From the NCBI GenBank assembly GCA_002104905.1, contig MCFE01000152.1:1-64000 (forward strand): DNA of 64,000 bases. The letters run 5' to 3'. A program made the position numbers and the translations under genes. Below are positions 24,311-37,190 of the stretch, in pieces (within the stretch, counting starts at the first letter, position 1; the number at the start of each line of letters is the position of its first letter). The notes under the pieces are model-generated. The model did not search any database. It saw only the letters and a program-made list of their open reading frames with translations, and was not told where the DNA came from. Source of the DNA: Basidiobolus meristosporus CBS 931.73. Its lineage: Eukaryota; Fungi; Basidiobolomycota.

Positions 24311-25033
24311 ATGTAGCGTTACCTTCCAAGCCTGCCGAATGCTCAGCTCATCCCAATCCACGTTCAAGTAACAATTAATCTCAATGGTTGCTGCATTTGA
24401 TTATGACGAATTAATACGACCCATCCCCGGCAGCTCACAAATGTACATCTTGTTCACCAAATGGCAAATAAAATGTAATTATTAATGAACCCTCTGTAAA
24501 ATGAAAGGGTTGATGATCTTATCGGTCACTTGCAGCCTCAGCCGCTACATTAGGCGCCGAGCGTACGGTAGGTAGAGATACGCTTCAGGGGCTAGACCGA
24601 AACAGTCGCTCAGCCCACGAAGCCCACCAATTATTAGGCGTGGTCGTGGGATCTCCACAACCCTTTGTGACCAACACCTGGAACGACTACGTTAAGCAGA
24701 CACGCTCCTCAGCAGAAAATTCTCTGGTCGGCGGGAGGTCTCACATTCCCATCACAGATGGAGATAGCGAGGTTCAGTGATATGGGATCCTGATAGCCCC
24801 GCAAGTCCGCCACCTGATTTAGATCAATTCTGTCACCTGGATAGGAGGATCCGGTGGATTACTGGAACGCTGGGATTACCGAGTCGCACAAGGGTCACCA
24901 TCCTGGCAATCAGGTGGCCGCCAACCCTGGACCGAATCTCCTACCTTGCCTCCGGTTGGATTCTCATCCCTTGGGAGGGTCATATCGACTAATGGACATT
25001 CCCTTGGGAAAGAGTCGGACTCCAACCAGCTAT

Positions 25034-25055
25034 CCCCCTTCCCCTCCCCCTCCCC
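25034..25055 (-). other. G-quadruplex-capable motif at the gene/TE boundary
   Basis: Minus strand GGGG-A-GGGGG-A-GGGG-AA-GGGGG: four runs of at least 4 G with 1-2 nt loops. Confidence 0.5.
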
Positions 25056-25109
25056 TTCCGCCTGGGCCTCGATTTCCCGGCAAATCCCATGGTCGCCCAT
25101 CACCAACCT

Positions 25110-26342
25110 CAGGTATAACTCCATTCTTTAAGATATACAGCATTAGCAACTGATTCCGTCCAATTAGCATAGGATGATATTTGATCATGGATCATTGATC
25201 TTGCCATATCATTTGTAGATCTGTTTGCACGTTCTGACACTCCATTTAGGTGTGGGGAGTATGGTGCAGTGGTCTCTTGCTGTATCCCAAGAACCTAACA
25301 GAAGTGAACAAAGAGCTTTGAGGTATACTCTCCACCATCATCAGGGTATATTTTCTTGGTTTATTTGCCAGTTTCTCTCTCCACTATGGCTTTCAACACC
25401 CTGAGCTTAGACAGTGGCTGTTGCTCTCTTTCCATAAGGTAGACTCACATGGATGTTGTGTAATCATCAACACATGTGGTCAAATACTTTTTCCGCCCAA
25501 GGATATGGTTTGCACAGGTCCACATAGACCTGAGCAAGTTAGACCCGATTTTTTCTTGGTTTTGATTAACCCAGAGCTCTTGAACAGTTGTCTGGCTTGT
25601 TTTCCATCTGCAGGCCTCACAGAGAATTTTCGTCTCAGATACATTTTCTTAACAGCTGAACATGACTGGTAGGTGTCTTCTAATGCCTTCCAGGCATTCT
25701 TTGCTGTTTTTGCTCCTGAACATTGAATTAGCAATTTGTCCTTAACATTAACGCAAATGCAGTTAAAGGCACTTTGTTCTTTCTTCTGGTACTTTAAGGC
25801 TTCCTCTCCCACGTTTTTAGGAGGGCATTCTTCTCCCATGACAGTGTCCCAAAGGGCTCTTTCTTGTAGCAGTATCTTCATCTTCACCTTCCACACTTGG
25901 TAGTCAGATCCATCCAACTTTTCAGCAGAGGGAAAAATTCCAGTAATAGCAGTAGTAGACATTGCAGAGAGTGACAGCTTGGGGCTCATAACCTGTTGTA
26001 AGAGTCTTGGAGATATTGGAAGTGATTGGGAGGACTAGTAGATTATGTGGTTTTCACTTAATGATTTATTGAATGTAAAAGTATTATTTATACTTTTACC
26101 TGGTCTTGGCATTACAAACATGTAGAATAGGTTAAGGAAGGTCCCAAGAGCATGTGTGCAAAGTTTGGGGCTGTTTGGACAACTTTGAGAATTTTCATGT
26201 TCTGGGTACCTGGTATTTTGGTAAAAATATTGTAAGTAAATCCCAACAAGGAATTTGATCAGTATTCTCTAGGATTTGAAGGTAATGATCTAAGTGACTA
26301 AGTTAGGTGAAAATTTAGGTGGAATTACAAATTTTTACAACA
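25110..26342 (-). mobile_element. Ty1/Copia family-1 copy A: 5' LTR, PBS, gag N-terminus fused by deletion to a degenerate integrase core; 3' truncated
   Basis: LTR 26342-25994 (TGTTG..CAACA, 349 bp); PBS GGTTATGAGCCC at 25993-25982. gag EKLDGSDYQVWKVKMK..AKNAWKALEDTY..KKMYLRRKF is joined directly to integrase GKQARQLFKSSGLIKTKKK, which aligns to copy B 34453-34970. Confidence 0.92.
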
Positions 26343-27000
26343 TAAGCCATATGATAAAGTAGTATTGATGCTGTTTGGACACTGTGCCAGAACTGTTGGA
26401 AAAAAACTCATCTTAGATTTTTCAATAAGCATGGTCAGCATTTCTCTTCACAACAGTCCCTCAGTTACTTTTGATTGGTTCCATGCCATTTCACTCACCT
26501 ACTTATCCTGGACACTCAGTCATCTGATACATCTGTGTACAATAATGGATTATTGCCATTTTTTCATACTCATTACATACTAACTTACTCAGAGCTCCTA
26601 CCTGTCATACAAACATTTTTGTTCACCCCATTAAATCTTTGGATGCAACTCAACTGTAGACTGTACTCACCTATGCAAGCCCTTATACCCAAAACTAGCA
26701 TTAGACCCATCCTCACCATTAACAAGCAACCCCATGAAGAACTTCCACTTAATAAGTGTCCCTACTATGACACCCTTTACCCATTCCTTTGGCAGGGACC
26801 CTTTGGCTTTATGCAGCAGTTTGTCCACTGGTTTCCATATGACCTGGTCCTCAGTCACCATTTCAAAGTGAAGCCCTCCATTTACCAGTCTTTGGAATAA
26901 ATCCTGCAATATTCACATGCATTTTCCTGAGCACTACTCTTGCCAAAGTGCTTCAACCTCTTTCTATGCCTATTGCTGTTTTAAAGTTCCACTGTGGGCA
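26343..27000 (-). pseudogene. CACTA-family ORF2 3' remnant (copy X), interrupted by Copia LTR A
   Basis: DLFQRLVNGGLHFEMVTEDQVIWKPVDKLLHKA matches 62080-62200 (DLFQRLADEELDLAVPAEDQDMWEPVNEQWHKA) and 46970-47070. Confidence 0.75.
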
Positions 27001-27279
27001 TTTTGATAATCCCTTGATTTCTTGACATTGTTGCCTTGCTTGTAAGCAAAGTCTCAGCTCTGTCTAGCACCCATTTTCTTCTACTTTTGGTAGCACACTT
27101 GTTCCATTGGATAGTGCCATGTTATGCCAGCCAGTTTATATTAACATACCAATCTGTTACCTTGAGGCACCATCTGACACTATAATATCTGCCATAATGC
27201 CAGTAATAGCATACAATTACTAGTATTTTAGCTCAGTCTTACTTATATTGCTCAAAGAAGTGGTTTTCCTGCATTATTT

Positions 27280-27900
27280 ACTCTACATAAGGCTCCTGAC
27301 ACAATGTACTCAGTGGATGTCTTCTTGTATGAATATACTGTACATTAACAGGTATCCTGACTATATTACCTATTATGTTGTTTCCCTCTATATATGACTT
27401 TCCTCTGTATTTACCTGGCAATGTGCTGAGTCTTTTTAGATGTCTAAGTGTATGCTCTACTCTCACTCTGAAATGACCAAATATCTCATTTTAGAGCTTC
27501 TGCTTCCTGCAGAGCACACCATTCCTTGGCTTCCTATAAGCTCTATTACATCCAAATCTCTGACAATCCTCTCCTAAATAAGTCAAGTCAGTCATTGATT
27601 TCTCCCCTTGACTGAATTTTTAATGATTATCTAGCCACAGCAATTAGTCATGTCTACTTCCAGCAAATATTCCACAAAACTAGATGATGTTACCCTCAGC
27701 ATTGGACAATGCTGGAAACTTCACACAGTGTGCCTTGTTTTGCCAGTATAAAAGTGCCTCTGCACTCTAGAAGGTCTCCTAATCATTGATGGGAAAATAT
27801 CCAAAATACTCCTGATATGGAACATGCTGCAGTGCACACTTGGGCATAGAGGTCTATTGGAGCTTCTGAACCTATTTTTACAAGCTTGCTCAAGGTCATT
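27280..27900 (-). mobile_element. Degenerate DDE_Tnp_4 (IS5/ISL2EU/PIF-Harbinger-like) transposase remnant
   Basis: Reading through stops and one frameshift gives RRPSRVQRHFYTGKTRHTV.KF..NAEGNII*FCGIFAGSRHD..GEKSMTDLTYLG..YRKPRNGVLCRKQKL*NEIFGHFRVRVEHTLRHLK..KYR. This follows the RP..Q..Y.GK..H / GS.HD / D.GY.G / N......RV.VEH pattern. Confidence 0.75.
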
Positions 27901-28129
27901 CATGCCATCAAAGCCAAAAAAAAGCCATCTAGCTCAAGGACATTCATCCCTTTGAAACAAAGTTCTTCATTGCTGTCAGCTGGGAATGAGAGCTTCTAGG
28001 ACTTTTGTTGCCATCAATGGTAGGATGAAACCTTGTAGGGAAATAGTTCTTATAAAAACAAAGAGGCTTAACAAGGCATCTCCCCAAATGGATTGAGGCA
28101 GATGATCTAAAAAACTGGCTGGAAATCAG

Positions 28130-30461
28130 TCAAAATTTGAGCTAAAAGTTTAAAATGCATATTTTTGGGCTACTGCAATGAGAGTAAGGCATACAGACTC
28201 TACAATACCAAAGCAAAGAAGCTGATCAAGTCCAGGGATGTGTTGTTTGATGAAAACTCAAAATTTTCACAAAAAATGACATCAGATGATTGCGAAAATT
28301 TGATATCAAGTCTACCAATTGTCAGGATTGAATCAGAGCAAAACAATGAAACCTTTTTCACTCCAGAGGACTCTACAACCATAGTTCAGCCAGAATTAGT
28401 GGCTAGGAATATACCAGAAGTGATCATTTCAGTATCAAATGCCCAGAGATCCAATTGGACAAGAAATAGCCCAAATTACTATATCACTGAGGATACAAAC
28501 TTAGCCTATGCCTATTCAGTCCATATTGATGAGCCCCAGACTGTAAAAGAGGCCCTAAATAGCCCTCAGACAAAGTTTTGGAGATCTGCAATGACTGAGG
28601 AATATCATGCCCTGATGCAAAATCAAGCTTGGGACTTAGTCAAATTACCAATCAACCAAAAATCAATTGGATGCAGATGGGTCCTCAAGACAAAATACAA
28701 GGCTGATGGCACAATTGAAAGATACAAAGCAAGACTTGTAGCCAAGGGATACTCTCAACCAAAAGGACTTGACTATACTGAGACCTTTGCACCGGTAGCC
28801 AAGTTTAATTCCATCAGATTAATATTGGCTATTGCAGCCAAATATAAGTTTTTTATTCATCAAATGGATGTAAAAACTGCATTTTTGAATGAAGAACTTG
28901 ATGAGGACGTCTATATGAGCCAGCCTGATGGGTTTGCTGACCAACATAACCCGCATTTGGTCTGCAAGCTTAAAAAGTCACTATATGGGCTCAGACAATC
29001 ACCAAGAGCCTGGTATTGCAAGATAGATTCTTATTTGGAATCTTTGAGTTTCAAAAGAAGTAATGCTGACTATAGTATATACTATAAGCCAGATAGAGCA
29101 AATCCAGTTCTATTATCACTATATGTGGATGATCTTATTATAGCCGCCAATAACCTAGAAACAATGGAAGAGACTAAATCCAGCCTATCTAAGGAGTTCA
29201 AGATGTCCAATCTAGGAGAACTTAGTTACTACTTAGGGATTAAGTTCTCCATAGACAGAAGTACCCAGAATATCACCCCAAGTCAATCCAAGTATATTCA
29301 AAATATACTAAAGAAGTACCAAATGGAAGACTGTAAACTGTCAGCTACCCTAATGGAGACAAACCTTAACTTGATCAAAACTCAACCAAATCAAAAGAGC
29401 TTGGTGCCATCTGAAAGCCCTGACTTTCCTTATCAATCTATGGTCGGCAGTCTGATATATATCATGCTTGGAACATGTCCAGATATCTCATATTCAGTGG
29501 GAGTTTTCAGCCAACATAATTGGAACTATGGATCTGATCATTTTGCAGCAGTTAAGCATATTTTTAGATACCTAAAAGGAACTGCTGATATCTGCTTAAG
29601 ATACACTTATAAGGATTCAGAACAGGATCTTGTGGGATACTCTGATGCAGATTGGGGAAAAAATTTAGAAGACAGAAGATCCACCACAGGATACACCTTT
29701 CTTTACTATAAAGGAGCATTTTCATGGAATACAAGAAAGCAACCAACTGTAGCACTTTCCACCACAGAGGCAGAGTATATGGCAGCCTGTGAAGCTTCAA
29801 AAGAAGCAATGTGGTTAAGAAAACTTTTTACAGATTTAGGCCTATGTCAAAAAACGCCTATTACTTTATTTCAAGATAATCAAGGATGTATACAATTAGG
29901 TAGAAATACAACTTTTCATGCTAGAACCAAGCACATAGATATTAGACATCATTTCATATGTGAAGCTATAGAGAATAATTTAGCTAGCTTAGTTTACTGT
30001 TCTACAGATGAAATGACTGCAGACATATTTACCAAACCATTAGCTAGAGACAAGTTTGAATATCTTAGATCAAAATTAGGACTAGTAAGTATGAACATTT
30101 AGCTGAGTGGGAGTGTTGTAAAAATTTGTAATTCCACCTAAATATTTACCTAACTTAGTCACTTAGATTATTACCCTCAAATCCTAGAGAATACTGACCA
30201 AATTCCTTGTTGGGATTTACTTAGAATATTTTCACCAAAATACCAGGTACCAAGAACATGGAAAATCTCAAAGTTGTCCAAACAGCTCCAAACTTTGCAC
30301 ACATGTTCTTGGGACCTTCCTTAACCTATTCTACATGCTTGTGATGCCAAGACCAGGTAAAAGTATAAATACTACTTTTACAATCAATAAAGCATTAAGT
30401 GAAAACTACATAATCTACTTGCCCTCCCAATCACTTCAATATCTCCAAGACTCTTACAACA
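28130..30461 (+). mobile_element. Ty1/Copia family-1 copy C: 5'-truncated, integrase C-terminus, RT, RNase H (open frame), PPT and 3' LTR
   Basis: ORF 28165-30102 has KARLVAKGYSQ, QMDVKTAFL, LYGLRQSPRAW, YVDDL, GYSDADWG, STTEAEY and RTKHIDIRHHF. PPT GAGTGGGAG at 30105-30113; LTR 30114-30461 (348 bp, TGTTG..CAACA). Confidence 0.95.
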
Positions 30462-32669
30462 TGTACATGGTATTGATCTCCGCTAATGTGTCAAAAGGAA
30501 ATCCTGTTGTAGGGCTGGGATCAATGAGAAAAGACAATTCAGTTGAGTAATTTATAATAAGATTTATAAGTGATTGAGTAGGAATAATTTAAAGTGATTT
30601 GGCACAATCAGTCTGATTTATCTAGTTCTGTAAGCATTATGATCAAATTACCATTAGTTGCCATGTATCCCATCCTTATGTTGCCAGAATCCTCCCTACA
30701 CACTGAAATAGTGATTTTATTGATGAATACCCACAGGTCTGTAATCAAATAACAACTTGCAGCTGATGTAATCTAATCCATGCTAATAAAATCAAAGATG
30801 CATGAGGCATAATATATGGAAAATTCAACAATCACTTTAGTCTTCATATGTACTTTATATAAGACCAGGTTGATGCCAATGTACTGATGCGTAGGTATCC
30901 AAAGTTGTCACAACAGTCTTTATACCAAGTTTCAACTCATCTCTAGTACAATCTAGACAAAATCCATCCCCTAGCTCACAGGCATGGTTGGGTCTGGAAG
31001 TATTAATGTTAGATCTGCTCAAGTTGTTGCCAAATGACTTTAGTATGGCCCAAGTGTCTTTGATGAGCCTTCATACATATATTTGGGCCCTACTCACTGA
31101 TATAACAGAGCTGGATAACTCAGAGAGTTAACAGTGATGGTTGTACTGAAGTAGAAAGCTGGATGTGAGTCTTACATCAAGATGCCAGCAGATGTATGAA
31201 GGGATACCTCACCCATAGGAGCCTTTAGCAAGCAAAAGAATGCCCCAGTGTGTGACACTCCATGCTGGCTCTGCCACATCATCTGGCACAAATCAGTGTG
31301 GTCAAGCAATAGCACTGCACTCATTGGCCAGCATGCAAAACATTTACTACAAATGAGCAAGTAGCCAAGATGGTAGTCAACAAGGAAGTACTTAAGTGTG
31401 CAAAGTGAATCCCTACCAAATGCTGCAGTAGTAATTCCTTAGAGAAAAACCAGAAGATGATGCATTTACATCAAGTTGCTCTGTTTGGTCACTGTCTAAA
31501 CAACACAACTTTTTTCTTAGCAATTCTAAGGGAACCATTGCAAACCAATGATGCTCTTTGCTTGCCCAAAACTCCTGCAGTGGAGGTACTTTCAATGGGT
31601 CATAATCAGTCAGTACACCAGATGTAACTTGCTGATAGTCAGGTGTAATGGCATACACAGGTGCAACATGATGTGCTGGCATTGCCTTTGGCTGAGTCTG
31701 ATGTGATGCCATGTGTTAATGTAACTTGGCCCACTTCAGTGGGCTTGTGTCTGAATGAGTAATTTGGTGAGTTCTGGTAAATCTGCTCTGAACTGTGTGT
31801 ATTGACTCAGTGTGTGGCACTCATGTGAAGGATGCTGATATAGACTGGACTGACATGCACCAGTGAGTAGGCATTGCAAGGCTTGGTAAAGAATCTAGCA
31901 AGGTGTGCTGGTGTGATCTTGATACAGTTGCCTGTGGCATGTATTCTTAAAGCTATCTGATTCCTCCAGGTATTTACTTACCTAATGTATGATACTTTGG
32001 ATCTGTGGCCTTGATGAGTCCTATGTATATAGCACTCAGAAGCCACTTAGCTCTACTAATATATCATGCAGTATATTAGTCATTTGAGGCAAGAATTTGT
32101 TATCAACCTTGCCTTGTATAGGACATGTAGAAAACAAATGTGATTGTTGAATTTTTCACATATCAAGCATGATGTATCTGGGATTGCATTGGCACCAATC
32201 AGATTACATCAGTTGCAATATCCTTTTGGATTATAGACTTCTGATTTATTCATCAATAAAATCACCAAATCATTGTATGAGGATGATTTCTGCAACACAA
32301 TGATGGGATACATGGCAATTGATAGACATTTGATCATAATGCATAGAGTATGAGATAAGTCAAATCAACTATGCCAAATCAATTAAGGTCATTCCTACAC
32401 TGTCACTCTCCAATCAAAATATGACTTACACATCTGAATGGTCTTGTCTCATCAATCCTGTCACTACCTCTTGATATCCATCTGACACATCAGAGGAAAT
32501 GTATACCCAGTACTGCAGGCCATCTACCCCAATCTACTCAAGGATATACCTTGTAAAGCTTCTCTGGTACTATATGAACTATTGGCCTTCAAGGTTTCAA
32601 GCTGTTATGAATATAGACAAGGCAAATGAGTAGAGCTAGGTAAGGCAGGTCCAGGAAAGGACTTAGGTG
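30462..32669. repeat. Pair of long diverged inverted repeats (arms about 30462-30885 and 32095-32520) around an unassigned 1.2-kb core
   Basis: The left arm aligns colinearly to the reverse complement of the right arm at roughly 70%, for example CATTATGATCAAAT..TTGCCATGTATCCCATC..GTGATTTTATTGATGAATA..CTGATGTAATCT..AAAATTCAACAATCAC. The left arm is cut by Copia LTR C. Confidence 0.8.
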
Positions 32670-35600
32670 TGTTGTAAAAATTTGTAATTCCACCTAAATA
32701 TTCACCTAACTTAGTCACTTAGATCATCACCTTCAAATCCTAGAGAATACTGACCAAATTCCTTGTCAGCATTTAATTAGAATATTTTCACCAAAATACC
32801 AGGTACCCAGAACATGAAAATTCTCAAAGTTGTCCAAACAGCCCCAAACTTTGCACACATGCTCTTGGGACCTTCCTTAACCTACTCTACGTGTTTGTAA
32901 TGCCAAGACCAGGTAAAAGTATAAATACTACTTTTACATTCAATAAATCATTAAGTGAAAACCACATAATCCACTTGTTCTCCCAATCACTTCCAATATC
33001 TCCAAGACTCTTACAACAAAAACCACATAATCTACTTGTTCTCCAAATCACTTCCAATATCTCCAAGACTCTTACAACAGGTTATGAGTCCCAAGCTGTC
33101 ACTCTCTGCAATGTCTACTACTGCTACTACTGGAATTTTTCCCTCTGCTGAAAAGCTGGACAGATCTAACTACCTAGTGTAGAAGGTGAAGATGAAGATG
33201 ATGCTACAAGAAAGAGGCCTTTGGGACATTGTCATGGGAGAAGAATGCCCTCCTAAAAACATGGGAGAGGAAGCCTTGAAGTACCAGAAGAAAGAACAAA
33301 GTGCCTTTAACTGCATTTGCCTTAATGTCAAGGACAAATTGCTAATTCAATGCTCAAGAGCAAAAACAGCAAAGAATGCCTGGAAGGCATTAGAAGACAC
33401 CTACCAGTCATGTTCAGCTGCCAAGAAAATGTATCTGAGACGAAAATTCTTTACTACAAAGATGCTGCCAGGAGAAGAAATGAAAATCTAATTAACAGAA
33501 TTACCCTGCTGGTAGATGAGATAGAATCTGTGGGCATACCAACTACTGATGAGGATGAGATAATTACCATCCTGAATAGCCTGACAGACAAGTTTCAGGG
33601 CCTTGTATCAGCCCTAGAGTCCAGAACTGAAGATTTGACCTTAAATTATGTATATGGAAGGCTCCTGGATGAAGAATTAAGAAAATCAAGCACCAATAAG
33701 AAGGAAGAAGAAATTGCTTTAATAGGCAATGATAACCAACAAAAGAGGTACCCAAGACCCTACAAAGGCAACAACAACCTATTGTGCAACTACTGCAAAA
33801 GGAAAGGACACACATCAGACCAGTGTCTCAAAAAGAGAGATTATCAGCAAAAGAAGCCTGAATATGGAAATGCTGCAACAACTGAAGATAGACTATTCAT
33901 ATCTGCACTAAATATGACCACAAATAAGGATTCTCAGACGTGGTATATTGACTCTGGAGCTTCTCAACACTTTACACACCAAAAAGAACTTTTTACCTAA
34001 TATCAAGAAATTCCAATTAGGAAGGTTTTCATGGGTGACAGTAGAACACTTGATGCAGTAGGAGAAGGAACTGTCCAAGTAAACCTTAGAAGCAGTAAAG
34101 GAAGCCATACACTGACCTTTGAAGAAGTACTCTATGTACCAGAAATAGCCAAGAACCTACTCTCTGTAAGCAAGGCCACAGCAGAAGGACTCAGTTTCAG
34201 TTTTGACAATTCTGGATGCAGGATCACTGATCAAAATGGTGCCCATATTGCTTCAGGCATCAGAGATCAGAATCTATACAAGTTGACTTATATTCCATCA
34301 TATTTGGAAGCCAATATAAGTAACTTAAATGAAGAAACAACAATGCTTTGGCACAGGAGATTTGGACACATCAATTTTGATTATTTGTGTAAAATGATCA
34401 AAGATCAGCTAATTTCTGGAGTGAAAATTGATCCCCCAGCTAATTTGGAGCACTGTGAAGCCTGCATATATGGGAAACAAGCCAGACAACCGTTCAAGAG
34501 CTCTGGGTTAATCAAAACTAAGAAAAAATTAGATCTAATTCACTCAGATCTGTGTGGACCTATGCAAAATTTATCCTTAGGCGGGATGAAGTATTTAATC
34601 ACTTTTATTGATGATTATACAAGACATATGGGTCTACTTCATGGAGAAAAAGGAAGAAGCTCTGTCTAAGTTCAGGGAGTTTAAAGCCATGGTGGAGAGA
34701 GAAACTGGTGAAAAAATCAAGAAAATATGCTCTGACAATGGTGGAGAATATACCTCAAAACTCTTCATCCACTTCTGCAAAACTCATGGGATAAAGCAAG
34801 AGACTACTGTACCATACTCCCCACACCAAAATGGAGTGGCAGAACAAGCTAACAGATCAATAATTGATATGGCAAGATCTATGATCCATGATCAAAAATT
34901 ATCCTATGATTTTTGGGCGGAATCAGTTGCCACTGCTATATACCTTAAAAATAGGAGTTATAACAGAATACTTCGTGATTCTACTCCATTTGAAGCATGG
35001 TATGTAGCAAAACAATGAAAATTTTCTTACTCCAGAGGACTCTACAACCGTGGTTCAGCCAGAATCAGTGCCCAGGAATATCCCAGAAGTGATCATTCCA
35101 GTATCAAATGCCCGGAGATCCAATTGGACAAGAAATAGCCCAAATTACTATATCAATGAGGGTACAAACTTAGCCTATGCCTATTCAGTCCATATTGATG
35201 AGCCCCAGACTGTAAAAGAGGCCCTAAATAGCCCTCAGACAAAGTTTTGGAGATCTGCAATGACTGAGGAATATCAGGCCCTGATGGAAAATCAAACTTG
35301 GGACTTAGTCAAATTACCAATCAACCAAAAATCAATTGGATGCAGATGGGTCCTCAAGACAAAATACAAGGCTGATGGCACAATTGAAAGATACAAAGCA
35401 AGACTTGTAGCCAAAGGATACTCTCAACCAAAAGGACTTGACTATACTGAGACCTTTGCACCGGTAGCCAAGCTTAATTCCATCAGATTAATATTGACTA
35501 TTGCAGCCAAATATAGGTTTTTTATTCATCAAATGGATGTAAAAACTGCATTTTTGAGTGGAGAACTTGATGAGGACATGTATATGGACCAGCCTGATGG

Positions 35601-37190
35601 GTTTGTTGACCAAGATAACCCCCATTTGGTCTGCAAGCTTAAAAAGTCACTATATGGTCTCAAACAATCACCAAGAGCCTAGAATTGCAAGATAGATTCT
35701 TATTTGGAATCTTTGAGTTTCAAAAGGAGTAATGCTGACTATAGTATATACTATAAGCCAGATAGAGCAAATCCAGTTCTATTAGCTCTATATGTGGATG
35801 ATCTTATTATAGCCGCCAATAACCTAGAAACATTGGAAGAGACTAAATCCAGCCTATCTAAGGAGTTCAAGATGTCCAATCTAGGAGAACTTAGTTACTA
35901 CCTAGGGATTAAGTTCTCCATAGACAGAGGTACCCAGAATATCACCCTAAGTCAATCCAAGTATATTCAAAATATTCTAAAGAAGTACCAAATGGAAGAC
36001 TGTAAACCGGCAGCTACCCCAATGGAGACAAACCTTAACTTGGTCAAAACTCAACCAAATCAAGAGAGCTTGGCGCCATCTGATAGCCCTGACTTTCCTT
36101 ATCAATCTATAGTTGGGAGTCTGATGTATGTCATGCTTGGAACACGTCCAGATATCTCATTTTCAGTGGGAGTTTTCAGCCAACATAATCAGAACTATGG
36201 ATCTGATCATTTTGCAGCAGTTAAGCAGATTTGTAGATACCTAAAAGGAACTGCTGATATCTGCTTAAGATACACTTATAAGGACTCAGAACAGGACCTT
36301 GTGAGATACTCTGATGCTGAATGGGGACGAAATTTGGATGACAGAAGATCCACCACAGGATATACCTTTCTTTAGTGTAAAGGAGCAATTTCATGGAATT
36401 CAAGAAAGCAACCAACCATAGCACTTTCTACTGCAGAGGCAGAGTATATGGCAGCCTGTGAAGCTACAACAGAAGCAATGTGGTTAAGAAAACTCTTTAC
36501 AGATTTAAGCCTATGTCAATAAATGCCTATTACTTTATTTCAAGATAATCAAGAATGTGTACAATTAGGTAGAAATACAACTTTTCATGCTAGAACCAAG
36601 CACATAGATATTGGACATAATTTCATACGTGAAGCTATAGAGAAGAACTTAGTTAGCTTAGTTTACTGTCCTACAGATGAAATGATTGCAGACATATTTA
36701 CCAAACCATTAGCTAGAGACAAGTTTGAATATCTTAGGTCAAAATTAGGACTAGTAAGTATGAACATTTAGCTGAGTGGGAGTGTTGGAAACTTTGTAAT
36801 TCCACCTAAATATTCACCTAACTTAGTCACTTAGATCATCACCTTCAAATCCTAGAGAATACTGACCAAATTCCTTGTCAGCATTTAATTAGAATATTTT
36901 CACCAAAATACCAGGTACCCAGAACATGAAAATTCTCAAAGTTGTCCAAACAGCCTCAAATTTGCACACATGTTCTTGGGACCTTCCTTAACCTATTCTA
37001 CGTGTTTGTAATGCCAAGACCAGGTAAAAGTATAAATACTACTTTTACATTCAATAAATCATTAAGTGAAAACCACATAATCCACTTGTTCTCCCAATCA
37101 CTTCCAATATCTCCAAGACTCTTACAACAAAAACCACATAATCTACTTGTTCTCCAAATCACTTCCAATATCTCCAAGACTCTTACAACA
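32670..37190 (+). mobile_element. Ty1/Copia family-1 copy B: two LTRs, gag-PR-IN-RT-RH, disabled by stops, frameshifts and an internal deletion
   Basis: LTR 32670-33079 and LTR 36783-37190, about 98% identical. PBS 33080-33091; gag zinc knuckle CNYCKRKGHTSDQC; protease WYIDSGAS; GAG-pre-integrase LWHRRFGHINF..CEAC; integrase HSDLCGP, DNGGEY, PHQNGVAE; RT YVDDL; PPT 36774-36782. The integrase C-terminal segment present in copy C is deleted near 35005. Confidence 0.96.

Noticed and set aside
21827-24367. Numerous 60-135 aa minus-strand ORFs (similar cases at 827-1132, 6137-6861, 8265-9229, 12535-13088, 19276-20467)
   Set aside because: Antisense shadows of longer, better-supported coding sequences, with no motifs of their own.
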